Below are positions 28,019 to 42,020 of a DNA stretch of 64,000 nt, piece by piece (the first letter of the stretch is position 1; each line of letters begins with the position of its first letter). The position numbers and the translations under genes were made by a program. The notes below the pieces were generated by a model, which was not told the origin of the DNA, ran no database searches, and worked only from the letters and a program-made list of their open reading frames with translations. The DNA is taken from contig NW_024704762.1 in assembly GCF_018977255.1 (NCBI RefSeq), positions 10,292,001 through 10,356,000 on the forward strand, in the 5' to 3' direction. The DNA comes from Callorhinchus milii. Its lineage: Eukaryota.

Positions 28019-31000
28019 GGCTCAGTCCTGGTGGGGAGGGGACGGAAGCTTATTGTAACCATCGCTTGTTTTACATTTCAATTGTAACTTGATAACAATT
28101 CTCAGTAGAATCTAGAAATACTGTGCTACATGGTGGGAAAGCTAGGATATATTTTATTGGAACATATTGTACTACAGAGGTCTTGGAATACTGGGTACCA
28201 GCACGAGGAAAATTAGTTTTTATGCTCTTTTCCTGGTCAATGATCATTGCTAACTTAGTACTTAATCCAGACCTGAAATGTGGCGCAAAATGAAGGGATT
28301 TGTGAACAGAGCACTTCCCGAAATGAACCAGCGACTTTTAAAAGTTGAGGTTTCTCTTTGTACGTTTGATGTGAAGATGATCTCTCTAGGCCTTAACTTG
28401 CCCCATCCCAGCAGTAAAATGCCAATGTTCCAAATGGCAGAGAGGCTGTGCTGACTGATGTCTGCTCACTATGTCCCACTCACTATGTCCCGCTCCTATT
28501 AATCAACTAAATCCACCTCCATCACATTTTGATAATTGCTCAGATTTGTTTGTGGGGACGCTGTGCGCAATTGGCTGCCGCGTTTGACCCACAAAATATA
28601 CAGTCAATTCACTTTTCAGTATATCCTGTGAAGCACTTTGCGACATCTCAAAGACGTGATAAAACAGGGATTATATTTTTAATCTCTCACTCTGGACGTT
28701 GTCCTGCATCGACTGCAGGTCTGTCTGTGTACTGATACCAGATCCCAACCCACAGGTGTATAAATAGACATTTTTATCTCTATTGATCCATGCAGTCAAA
28801 CCCACTGCTATAAACCACCTTCTATGTGATGTCATTGCAGCAATATTATGCTCTTCCTCCTCACTGCCAGTGTGTTCCACATCTGAGCTTCCCAACAATT
28901 TCTCTTGCCTTGATCGCACTTGTGTAATCCTGGGTCCTGATTATTGGCCTTCTATATTGTCTTCTACCCTATGATCATCCTATTGCCCTCCATTCCTTGT
29001 TCCTCTCAAGCCTTTGTGGTGTGGTGTATTTCTACACCGTCTTGCATAATGTCTATTTCTATTACAAACATATCAGTCAGTACATTAATATTTGCCAAAG
29101 CCCAGGAAATCTGCCTACCCGCCTACATAATTGTGCCACAGTATCGCTCAGTTCCCCCCGTGGCACTTGTGAGGCCATCACATGGGCAACGTGGATGAGA
29201 TCATGAGCTCATGTACAACGGCATGCGGGGTCCTGAATAGTGGTGGTAGAAATGGGGAAAAGGGCCAGGCGCTAAATTGACTCCTATTCAGGTTCAGGTG
29301 CATGTCCCAGCTTAGATCTGGTCGACCCCAAAAGACATGTGCAAATTATACGGCATCATCATTGTGCACAGGCACAACATGAAATTCTGTTGCATTATAA
29401 TAAAAATGGTGTATTATACCAGGTGGCACCTCAGCCAGGGATGTATTATACCAGGAATATCACACACATCTCACTGACGTAAGGAGCTATTCAATCTAAC
29501 TTCAGTCTTTCGTTTATATTTTGTCAGCCAATATGTATATTGACAGTAAGTTAGATAAGATGCAGGATGTGAATTAAAGCAGGACCCTGGGATTGTTACT
29601 CTGATGGTTTTATGTTTGGAAATCTTCAGTAAATCATTTTCATTGTCAATAAGATGCGTGATCATGCAAGACATTGGGTTGGCACAGCCCTAGGGAGAAC
29701 AGTAAGATTCAGTGTATGTCCAGCTTGACCTCAAATAGGAATTGGAGTCTACCAAGTAATGCTTTGTCTATTGGGAATACATCACAACAGCCATTGGGAT
29801 TCTGCAGAGCAATAATTGACAGTTCTAAGAGATGATCAGTGTTACAATGGCTCCTGAAACACTATTGTACTGTCCTCTTGTTTACGCTGCATATGTTTTG
29901 CATAAGATGTGATGTTTTTAACACAAATTGTTGGAAAATGTTCTTCTTCTGAACGTTATTTGTTCTTTGACACAGTTGCTCTACAAGTGCACTTTGGATT
30001 TGAAATGTTATCACTAAATAGTTTTATTAATAACTCTGTTGGAATCTCAATCACAGGGTAAGTTTTTGATGCATCAGTTCTGTCTGTATTTGGGGAACCT
30101 TGCTTGGCCTTACACTGAAAGAAACAGTCTACCATTAAATGGTAAATAATTGGATATTGCGTGGCTGGTCAGTGTGAACTAGCTGGACAATTGAGATATT
30201 GCCCATTGTTTTTCATGTTATCTTAATGTAAAACATTTATAGAGACTGCACTGTACCCCTCAACAGTCACAAATTCCAGGAAAAAATATTTTACTTCAAA
30301 ATAGGAAGAAAGACTTTTTTAATTTTCGGTTTAACAAACTTTCTAATCAGTGACTGCCGGTTCCACATGTGCACTTTTACTTAAACTGATTTTCTTAAAC
30401 ATTCCTCACCCAAGTGCCTTGCTCTGTAGGGAAAGTGTGCAGTGGAGTCTGTAATTCTGGATTATTATTGAACCAAATGTTGTCCAAAACCTAGAACATG
30501 TTACTGGAAAGTTGCTGAATGTCCTGAGCTTCAGGTGAAAAACATTTGTTTTGAAGTGTTCGGGCTAAAGTTTCCATACTCTTTTGCTGAGAATCAGTTG
30601 CCAAACGATATAAGAGAGGCAGTTCCACTTCACCCATCTCAGTATCCCAATGGTGTGTTGGAATCCAACTTGATAGGTCAGGAAGTGTGAGGGGAACTGA
30701 CCAGTGTGTTAAATGAGCAAGTGCAGCGTCCATAGTCACTTCCAACAGAAGCGTGGCTACTGTGTGGGAAGATTGTAGCAGTTACCTTTCTAAAGGAGCG
30801 AAACTCATTCAGAGTGTGAGAGGAATTAAGTTTTACTTAATTGCTTACCTTAATTTCAGCTGGTAACTGTACAAGGGACCAATCAATAAATTGCTCAGCG
30901 ATATATGTATGTATTTGGTTGATTTTTTTCCTCCCATATATGCCTTTCTGTATTTGTCTGTAAGCTTTGTCTCTAAGCTGCCAAACCTAATGATCTGAAG

Positions 31001-34000
31001 TGCCTCATTCCTCAAGGTTTCTGATTGGAAATCTGCAGAAGGATGATAGGTTTTTAGACTGCAGTGTTGTCTGATAAGAGATCAGAAATGTAGTAACTGA
31101 AAGATTTCAGATGATTTTAAGAACTTCTGCTTGCACTTTCCTGCCCTAGTGTTGTGTACAGTAATTTACCTTGGAAATAGCCACTGGCATCAATTAGCAT
31201 TCCGATGTCCACAAATATTTTGATGGTGAAGAGGGCCTTTTTGAATACTTTCTACACAATGATTTTGGGGCAGAGAACAGAGACTTTAACCGTGAAAAGT
31301 TTAAATTGAAGGCCTCAATTATAACGATTGTGTGTTGATCTAATTTTTTGAAAGATTTTATTTTAAAGTGGGAAGTGGTCACACTAGTTCTGTATTCAGT
31401 GTTTTACTTATTACTTTAGTGTGGGTTTTAATGGAAGTTCATCTTAAATTCTGGTCTGACAGCCTGGCAGCAGATTTTTTTGTGCAGAACCAAGTCTTCA
31501 GGGATTTGGGGATAGAGTGATCGAGGGCAGTGAGTGGCGCATTAAATACAGCGACTGCGTGAGAGCAGAATTGTGTATTTAAGCCAAGCCGCCTCCCAGG
31601 CTGCCTGTGACCAGCAACGCGACATTAAACTGCACCATTGAGGGAAAGCTGGGAAATACCAAACTGTGTGCATAAGTGCTCTGGGACGCTACCCTTCGTG
31701 AGGAGCGCTATATAAATGGCAGTTGTTGTTGTGCATATGGGTATCTTCTTGTGTCACACTATGGCGTGTGGTCTGTCCTCTGTAACATACACGAGAGTAG
31801 AAAAGTCCTTTCAAATTATTGATGAATTTCCCCAGAAAGAATGTATCACATCTTGCTACGGTAGCTTGTGTGCCTGGTGCTGCATTAAAGCATCTTGTGC
31901 TGTCATTTTTGAATTGTGTAAATGGCCCAGAAAACAATTGGAAAAATTATGATGAGTTTATGTGACAAAGCAATAGCTCTCCCTGTCCCTTCCCAGGTAG
32001 CGCTCTGGCCCCTAAATGTGAATTATCTTTCAGAGCGTGAATGAAAAGGGCGAGAACCTGGATTCTCCTCGGGTTCCGCAGCCTCATTATAACACCTGGG
32101 AAACCATTTCAGTTCACTTTGTTGGAATCCACAAGCATGCATGGAAGAAGCAAATTTACTTTGCAAGTTGACGATCAACACTAAGTGCAAAGCCAGATGC
32201 AAGGAAATTCTGCAGAATGAATTCCTTACTAAATGTTTTAACCAGTGCTATCCCCATTCTGTGCTGCTTTAGAAAGGGGTGGGGCGGTGGGGTCTTAACT
32301 CAGATCTGTTAATTTGGTTTTCACTAAACGCCATTTTATCCTTGAACTGACGTGATGTGGGTCTTATTAGATGATGGGAACATAGTCTTCAAACTTGCCA
32401 TATTACTTGCCGTTTCCCCATGTGTGACTATGTGGTAACTTGTTATTTGACCAGATACACTACACAGCGTGCAGTGTTCTGTATTTTGCATTAAACAGGT
32501 AATTATCCCATTAACCCTTCCGGAACTGCAGCTGCACATTGAAATCCAGAATCTGGTTCTCTTATTTGAGGTTCAGTTTGTTATTCTATTCTTAAGATCA
32601 AATTCACTACATTTAGCAAACACATTAACTTGTCCATTTATTTTATGTTTGTGTGTGTGTATATATATATGCAAATTGCACTCTTTTGTGTCCAGGTATG
32701 TCTACCCAGAGTGCTGTGTTTATTGTGCAGAATAGTTATGTTGTAAAGAAGTGAATTTGAAAAGTGTTTTCTCAAAAATTCCAGCAATTTGCCTCTCTGA
32801 AGGTTTTCAGAAAGATGCTAAGTGGTTGTTTAGCGAGCGGGTTATCACGATTATAGGTTGGATGTTTTGCAGATAGGAATGAGCTGCACTGGGTGATGTG
32901 CACTTAATGTGGTAAGTCCCGTATTATGTTGAAAGAGAAAGCTTAAAGGGGTTTGTGTATTTTTTTTACACACACTTTGATGCGTTGTCCGTCATCCAAT
33001 CAAGTGGCCTTATTCTGGACTTTCAGTCATTAAGAATTCTCACGATGTATGTGTACTCTTCTTGTTTTTTGTATGGTCAAAAAAATGCAAACACTGTTGA
33101 CGTTTACAAATGAAGTGTTAATTGTGTAAGGGAATTATGTGATGTTTCACGTGAAAATGTTTAGGTCTCTAAAATATATTATTCTTGCAATATTTCATGC
33201 TGTTTTCTATCCCACTTGCGAAAATAATTTAAAATTATGAAAGTGTAGCAGAAAGTTTAGCAGGCCCCATTTCAGTTTATTATTTTTTTGGGGGTGGGGG
33301 AGGGGGGGAGATGGGAGTGACAGCTCTAACTAAGCCCAACACTCACCGGGTAATCTCCAGCCATATGGATGGACATGGAACCTGTTGTCAGTCTTTGCTA
33401 ATGTCACTCATGGACTGATGTTGGCAGCTTCACTGAAGCCACCAGGGAAGGCTCTCCTCCTGTCTGGACTTCCTTCCTGCACAGAAACATCTGCTCTCCA
33501 CTGAGCGAATTCCTCTTCACACTCAGAGCCCCCAGTGCGAGACATTCCAAACATGAACCTGCATTCTACTGTCTGTCCTGTAGCACAGCACATGGTAATA
33601 ACAGTTTAGCTTCATAGAAACCACACGGATGGGCAAAGTAGCTTTCCAGCACAATCTATATTGTTTGCAAAGTATAGTGTGAACTATTTTTTGCCAGCCT
33701 TAATTTACACTATCTTCAAAGAAATGTCTTAACTATATGTCAGTACAGATGCACTACATTTATGATGTCTTTCCTACTACCAATGTGGCCTTTTTATAGA
33801 AAAAAATATTGTCACCTCTAGCTACTAAAGAGAGATGTTCAAACTGTCTGGAGGTGTATTTATCCTACATTTGACAGTTACCATTTTGAAAACACTTTTA
33901 AAAACTTTTGTTATTGCAATGTTTACCCATTTTGAATTTTGAAATGTTTTGTGAGTTAAACAGTTTTAAATCTATGAAGTATTATACCTTAAATTTTCTC

Positions 34001-34139
34001 CATTGTAGGGGCAGAAACCTGTTTAACTTTCATCAGAACTCTCTCGATTGTTCAAACTGATGCGTAATAATTTAAATTTGTTTTTGTGGCATAAAAGTGA
34101 TGTATCTCTTTCTTGTAAAATTGTACCTTGACAGATGCT

Positions 34140-34145
34140 AATAAA
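34140..34145 (+). terminator. Candidate distal polyadenylation signal of SCAMP4
   Basis: AATAAA ending a long AT/TGTA-rich tract; proximal AATAAA copies at 29399 and 30885. Confidence 0.35.
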
Positions 34146-35424
34146 ATTGCTTCCGCTAACATCCTTGGAACACTCAATTTTAATTATTTGGATCGAATGT
34201 TTAATCTGCTACTTTGTGGTAAACCTCAATTAAAGTGAGTGAACAGAACTATAAGATAATCACTCTCGACACCTAAAGCATAGACCTGGGTTTATGGTAT
34301 GCAACTGGCCAAAGGCAGGAATAAGTAAGCCTAATTTAATGGTTGATGAACCTTTCACCGAGAGAACCAAATTAAACCCCAATCTTGACTGATAATTGTT
34401 TATTTTACAATAGAGGATTTGCTGATTGTGGACCGAGGCTGACGTTGAATGATTTGTATTCGCATTGTTGGAGACGTGTCAAATAAGACATTTGTCCATT
34501 TGCCAGTTTTCCCAAGGTGGTTGTGTCTTGGTTGACTAATGACCATTACCAGTTGATAACCATTATTTCAGCAAGACTGGACTGGAGCTTTCACTCTTTC
34601 CCTCTGATTGCATTTCTGAATGGTTTAATCAGTTTTAAATTCCTTGGCAGATAATCCGGATATTAAATCCGGGCGATTATAAATGGTGAACATTGGTCAC
34701 ACGTAGTGAGTGGCCCTGTCGTGTAGGCTGATGAGACGCTCATGGCCTTCCATGTAATGAGGTGTTGTTCTCAGTTATGCCTTAAGGGGGAGCCACTGAG
34801 TGCAGTGTTTGTGCCGCTGATCAGAGGATTCCCTACAATTCTTGGGAGTTTGATGCTTTTCTCGCGTTGTGTGTTGGTGTCGCTCTCTCTCCGAACTCGT
34901 CCCACACCAACATCTGCTGTTTCTGTCGACTTCGCTAACTTCCCCCTTCACTCTTAATGTGTATCACCATCTAATTTCCGTTGTCTTCAGTGGATGTCAG
35001 TAAATCGCGCTCTTGTGGATCATTTTCCATAATTGCTTATTCGGCCCTTGAAGACTGAGAATGCCAACTGATCAATAAGCTTCTATCAACATTCCTAACT
35101 TATCTCTGAGTAAGTGTCCAGCTTCCCTGCTCTTTCTTAAGCATTTGGTAGGAAATGAGTGTCGCTTATTTTCCAGTGAAACCTGCGTTCAGAACACGAA
35201 AGCGTCCGGAACAGCAACGGGTCTTCAGCTGTGGGTGGAACCCGATATTTAGTGTTGAACATAGTGACGTGAAGGCGCTGTACCATCCCAAACGATGGCA
35301 AGCGCTCAGACAGAACTGCGGTCACCCGTTCGGGTCCGCAGCACAGTGGCGGGAGTCAGCCCGGCCACGTCAACAGCGCCTCGAGGATTCCGAATCGCTT
35401 TGAATTGCACCCGTTGTATCTTGT

Positions 35425-35749
35425 GGAGTCCTGTGGCTCAGCGGTTAGAGCACTCGCTTTGCAAGTGAGAGACCTGAGTTCAATTCCAGGCAGAGGGCGA
35501 AACCTTGGGCAAGTTTCCTTACTCCACACAGAGCCTAATAATAACCCTCCAAAACCAAAAACAATAATAAATTGGTCATTTTCAATCCACGACTGTTTGT
35601 GGGACATTGCTGTGCGCAATTGGCTGCCGCGTTCGCCCACAAATATACAGTCAATTCACTTTACAGTGTGTTCTGTGAAGCGCTTTGGGACGTCCTCCCG
35701 ACGTGAAAAGCGCTATATCAAATGCGAGGATTATTATTATTATTATTAT
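35425..35749 (+). mobile_element. Full-length SINE, same family as 3471
   Basis: Same tRNA head, core and (TTA)n tail. Confidence 0.9.
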
Positions 35750-35999
35750 CTTTTAACTAACGTTCCCTTGAAAACAGGACCACAGCGCTTCCCCGGCAGC
35801 AGCCGGACCGGCAGCTCACACCCGCTGAGCTGAGTCCCACAGCCTCCTGAGGGGAATCGAGGAGCAGAGGCGGGTAACTGGGTTTGAGGTGCAGATCGTA
35901 CAGAAGGGCGGAACAGGCTCGAGGGGCTGAATGGCCTCCTCTGATGGTCCTGACCCCAGAGGCCAGAGCGTTCAACCACTGAGAGCCCTGAGACTTTTC

Positions 36000-36450
36000 T
36001 CAGCCCGCCCCCCCCGTGAGAGACCAGCCCGCTATTGGGAGGCTTCGTGTGACAGACAGGTGGGGAAGCCAATGGGCGTGGAGGGTTAATTTGACGGACG
36101 GGCATTCTGACCAATAGGACGCGGAGTGCAGTTTGCGGACAGCCAGCTCAGCCAATGAGCGGTGGGGCGGGGCGGCGACAGCCCAAGCCAACGGGGGCGG
36201 GGCCGGGCCGGGGGGGGGCGGGGCCGAGGGCGGGGGCGGGCCGGAGGCGGGGAGCGGCGGGCGCGGGAGTCGCGCATGCGCGGAGGCAGGAGTTGCCCCG
36301 GTGGAAACGGCTTCAAAAAAAAAAGCTCCGAGAGGCGACTGAGGGGATCCCGACCGCCCGACCACCCGCCCGCGAGGTACCGGCACCGGCAGCCCCGCGG
36401 TGCCGCCCGGCCCGGCCCGCGCCGCCGCTCTCCCCGGGCTCTCTCTCTCT
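36000..36450 (+). promoter_or_regulatory. CSNK1G2: CSNK1G2 CpG-island promoter and non-coding exon 1
   Basis: CCAAT at 36069, 36111 and 36152; ATTGG at 36034; several GGGCGG boxes; NRF1 palindrome CGCGCATGCGCG at 36271-36282; donor GAG|gtacc at 36376. Confidence 0.75.
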
Positions 36451-39400
36451 CGGTGTGGGTGGGTGGGTGTGTGTGTGTGGCTGTGAGTGGCGCTGAGGGC
36501 TTTACTCGAGCCTCAGGCTCGGTTGTGTATCGCTAGGCCTTAAATATTCAAGTCAGCTCAGGACCCCCTCACACACACACACACACACACACACTGCCCT
36601 CTCTCCTCTCCTCCTCTCCTGACTAACTGTGAGGTGATGTGGCTTCAGTCTGATGGCAGTTGTAGTAATTAACCTTTTTTCCCCCCTTCCCCCTCTTTTA
36701 CTTTTTAAAAAAAAAAAAAAAAATTTTTTTTTTGCCCCCAAAGCAAAAAAAATCTAAACTCCGCTCAGGACCCAACCAGACACAGACTGTCGGCGTTTAC
36801 ATTTTATTTATTTTGCCGGTTCCTCCTCCTCCTTTCCTTCTTCAAAATACAGTAAGGACCCCCTTCTCCCCCCCCCCCCCCCCCCCACCTCCACCCCCAC
36901 ACTGCCCTCCCTCCCTCCCCCCATGATTGTAGAGGTAGAGATGCACATGTTGCTGTGAAGCTCTGACAAACAAAAATTGCATTGTGTTTTGAAGTGGTTT
37001 AGGAAGTAAGTGTGTGTGCGTGTCTGTGTGTATATGGAGAGAGGATGGGAGAAAGGAAGAGGTTTTTTTGGGTGTGATGCCTGTGTGTTTGTGGACCCTT
37101 GTTGTGAGCAATGTAAGACATGTTTGTGTGGACATTAACAACAAACTAACCACCAGATGAATGGGTTCGCGCCGCCTTGATTGTAACCAGAAGGACAGGG
37201 TTAGTGTTGAGGAAATTTTGTCTGCGTTCATTCCATCTCTTTAATAATTAGTGTGTTTAGGTTGGTTTTTATCCTTGACACACGTGCGGGGACTGAAGAC
37301 ATTACTGTAATATACAGCATAATGTGCATTAGTGGAATTGGGTCATTGTAGACCAGTGGATGGAATCCTAAAGATCCTAAAATTTCTTGTACTCTTTTGA
37401 TCACTTCCTCTCATCAAAAATGAATATTGATTGCTAGTGTAAGTATCAAATGCTAAATTAACATTCTAGATGAATTACATGCCAAATTGTGTAACTATTT
37501 GATTTTTTTTGTTGGAATCAATACTTTATAAGGAAGTCTTAACATCCAGGAGGTAAGATTTTTGAATGTGTGGGGTGCAAAGTTATATTGGCTGAGTGTT
37601 TGAATTGTTGAGTTTGTGGCATTTAATGTAATTTTAGGTACATTGCAAAAGAAGACCTGTTAAATTAATTTATTTACTTCAACTCTGGTCTTATTCTGCA
37701 GTAGTTGAGACTTAAAAACAAAATAATTTAATCCATAGGTTTATACCCAAAGTGTGTGTACAGCTTCATTTTCTCATTATCCATGTCTTTGTGATATTTT
37801 ACTATCAAGCTCATGTTAGATTGGTTTGGGAAAGGGGACGTTTCTGGGATTGCTTGCCAACTGCGAGTGATTGTTACCGACAGTGGTCCCAAGATCTGAA
37901 TTCCTAGCTACCTTCCAGCATTTTTCAAAGATCAGTTAACGTTTTGATTGTGTTCGAGATAACCAGTGTTGGAGCAGACATATAATATAGTGTGTGTGTT
38001 TGGGCAGCCTTTTGGAAGCAATAGAAATGTGTTCAGTCATGTGTGACAGAAGTGCATTTCGGCCATAGCCAACAAAGAGTTTGCGGTGCTACTGTATTCA
38101 TAGGCCAAGAATCAAAGATTGCATTAAATGCAATCTGGAATATTTCCTCTATTTGGAGCCGCAGTTGGACTAACTGCACAGTTGGTGACAATTGTAAAGA
38201 TGCAAAGCATAGTCATTGGCATAGATGTATGGCTGCACATTTAATGTTGCAATTGTACCCTCTAATGTAGGTAACTGGAAAAGTGTATAGCCAGACGTGA
38301 CTCTCTTTAGGCAGTGTCAGGTTTCAGTTGCATCTGCTTCTTTGAAAAAGAGCCAAAATGTTGCACTCTAGTCTTCCGACATACAAGGAGCTCTATATGC
38401 CAAATCTAGAGCGTAGAAATTGTATACGGCTAAATTCAATTCAAGTACTCCTTAAATATGATTAACATTAGAGATTTGTGTCAGGAAATGTGACTGGGTC
38501 ATGCAGAATCTCAGGCAGTGTTTCACCCACCAATATGTTCTCTGGATAATTAACATTCCAGTTCTACATCGACTTAGGAAGGACATTGCATGTATTTGCA
38601 GTGTTCTGTTTAACTTATTAGTGTTTGAAGTCCTGGTCAGTATAATTCCTGACACATGGCGTCAAAATTGTGTGGTGGACAAAGCTTCCTATGTGCAGGA
38701 CATGATTCCTCCGCACTGAATGAATTCTTATTTTCCCAGCTCTAGAGCTATTAAAATTGTTATTAAAAAAAATTCTTATCCGAAGTTTTCCCAATGTCGT
38801 ACGTACCCCATTCTCCTTTGTGAGGATGAAGAGCCAAACCTTTCCCAGGTCTCCAGTGAACTATATATATACTGTCCGACTCTTTCATCATTGTACCATC
38901 TGTTCCCAGGTACAATGCTGACTGAATACTGATGCAAAGTTGTACTATAATAAGAATTTATGGAACCCACTTTCATGTCCCTGTGATGTATGTTGGTTTT
39001 GATATAAGATCTGGATAATATATATTGCCATTAAGCACAATTTTTTGTACATGTTTGTGTGATGAATTTGTTTTGAACACTTTACATTGGAACTAATAAT
39101 TTGAAACCAAAGAGACTTTGCTACACTGGGCAGAACCTGGAAACAGTATTGTTGCTGGTCTGGATCATAAATTCTCCAGCAGCTTTCTGTATAGGGAGGC
39201 TAAGTGACCAGCTGATACCCTGAAATGTTTACCTGTAAGAGGGCAGCTTATGCATAGAAATTTCTGCTACCAAAAACTTAGTTCCTCGGTTCTGCTGTGA
39301 TGGCAAACACTTCAAAATAATTGAGAGTGGTCTTATCTCTTGATTTTGTGTGCAACATTAAACTGCTGTAAGCCTGCTGATCTTGGTTCAACAGTTGATT

Positions 39401-41779
39401 TTACTGCCTGTCATTCTGGCTACATAAAAACGTCAAATAGTGTTCTTTGTTAGTGATCATACTTAGTACAATGTAATAGCTTGTGTGATTATGGGGTTCA
39501 GTGGAACCATGATTATCCCCTGTAAATGGATGATGGAGATGGGTGGGAGGGGTGTGTTCAGAGCACACGTGGTGAGGCTGGTGACTGAGCCGGAGATTGG
39601 GAGTTGGAGTTGATGAAGAGGCTCATTCCTAAACTGGGTATTGTGTTAGAGAATGATGCGGGGTGAGGTCAACATATGGAGCATCAAAATCTGCCAGAGA
39701 ATGTTTGAAAAGAAATGAGAAATGTATTTAAGTGAAGCCTTGTCTTTTTAAAAAGTACCATTTTGAACATTTGTTCAGTGTTTTACTAAAATGGAAATTC
39801 TTAATTTCTGAAAAATCCTTTGCAGTATTTACCCTACAATACTCAGTTTAGATAAAATAGATAGAAGAAAGATTTATTTTTAGCAGAAGTGATATCTTTG
39901 CAAGCAAATGAACCTGTGGAGTGTGGAGCCAACGATCCGTTTGAAGTGGGATCGATTGATTTGAGGACACTGTCGTAGGTAGTTCAGTCAGTCACCATGG
40001 TGTCCTCCATTACAGTGGATAATGGAGGCTATATCTTGAGGAGTTTACGTACCACATGCAATCTGATATTTTGACCCTTGGCATCTGTACTCTATCTGAA
40101 TACTTGAAATCAAATTCTCTCCAGCTAACTTCAGGTCTCAGGCTATGTGTCAATGCATTTGTTTTATTTGTATGAGAATCTTTTGTTCTACCAGAAAGCT
40201 GATGGAAACGCCCATTCAGTCTCAGAATACTGTTGCACCTATAATTAAATTTGATTGTGGGAGGAGTGTTGTTTGGGAGGATTTGTACAATACACAACTG
40301 GTTAGCTACGTAACTGACAACAATTTACAATCCATAAGGAGATTTTCATGTTACAAATCTCCTCTGTATACATGTTGGTGTTGACCACAGGCTTCTGTAG
40401 AGACAAGTTTTGAACAGAGCGATTGTGACTGCTGTATGATTTCTATCGAGATTGCAGAAATCTACGCAATGTTTTCTCACGGGTGCAGTTTGCTGTCTGC
40501 AGAAAAGTCTGCTGTGGCACATGCCAGCCGGATTCTGTTGCCTGTGACCTGCAAGACGATTAAAAATAACTCATCGTTTTCCCAAATTAATAAAATGTGT
40601 TGATGATTTTTTAAAAAAGAAACTTAGTTAATGCACCTTTACTTAACTGCTGTTTAAGATGAAATTGTCGTATCTTGCAATCCCTGGCTAATCTGTTCGT
40701 AGCAATTTCTAATAGTGGTGCGATTATGCTGTCTGACGGATGTGCGAAACATCAAATGAGAGATTGGTTGAGTGGGAGTTCAGACTGCACACCGGAATAC
40801 AGGCCGGCCCTTCTACTGTCCTAAGTTTTTTATAAATGTTTTAACTTGCTGTAAAACATTTATATGTCGCATTTGCTCGTTGGAGGTATTCTTTTCAACC
40901 CGTCCCCAAATCCTGCGAGCAGATGGTGACTGCTGTTTGAGAACCAAGACATGATGGGCTATCTGCTGGTAGCAAAAATGTTTTTCGTTCTAGTGAAGGT
41001 CCAACCTGGTGGCAGTTTGTGGTGGATTTCAGGCATAACCTTGATTCTAAAATCATCTGCTCCTGGGTAGGTTTAAAGTATTAAATCAGAATTATCAATT
41101 GACTTTCTTGTGCCCTTTTAGGATTACTTCAGCATTCATGAATCCAGTGAATTTGTAAGGTTTGAATACAAGTTACGTTTAGGCTTGCAATAAAGCAGAA
41201 CGAGACCCCACGGTAAACGCAGCACCTTTTAATTTAGAGGCAAGTAATGATGTCAGCACACTGAGAAATATTAGTTGGCTAGACAGACTTTTGTAGGGAC
41301 CCTCGTTGAGAAATACGCATTGCAAAATGGCTTGGAATAAGTCCTCACTTCAGTCTGAACAATTTCTCTCCAGTTTGTTAGTGTGTTGCCAGCATTAGTG
41401 CCTTACAGTTCAAGTCAAATGAGCCATTTCATGAATAAGAATTCACTGTTCTCCTGCCAAATCCACTCTGAGCTCCAAACGAGGTGAGTGAGGCAAGACT
41501 TGCCACTCTGAGTGAGTTTGCATTCAGAGGGAATACCTGTTTATTGATGATACAGCTCTTGACTTCAGATTGTATATTTATACAACTTAGATAACTGCTA
41601 TATCAGCGCTGTGGAGCTATTATAAAATGGACATAAACTCGTACTAAATGATCATCAGCATTGGACCTTTGGAAGATAGTCACTGTAAGTGGATGTGCTG
41701 CCCTTGTGTCATGAAGGTGCTGACTCTAACTGGGCTATAATGGCTAGGGCTCTGACCATTTATGGTTACCTTAACTCGG

Positions 41780-42020
41780 CAAAACCTTGGGCAAGTTTCC
41801 TTATTCTACACGTCTGATGATCATCCCTCAAGAAAAAAAACAATAATAAATTGGTCACTTCAATCCATGACTGTTTGTGGGGACATTGCTGTGTGCAATT
41901 GGCTGCCGCGTTTCGCCCACGAATATACAGTCAATTCACTTTCAGTATATTCTGTGAAATGCTTTGAGATGTCTAGAAGACGTGAAAAGCACTATATCAG
42001 ATGTAAGGATTATTATTATC
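41780..42020 (+). mobile_element. 5'-truncated SINE
   Basis: AAACCTTGGGCAAGTTTCC...core...GGATTATTATTAT. Confidence 0.85.

Noticed and set aside
35746-36536. Several 70-130 aa GC-rich ORFs
   Set aside because: Typical CpG-island artefacts; low complexity Gly/Pro/Arg
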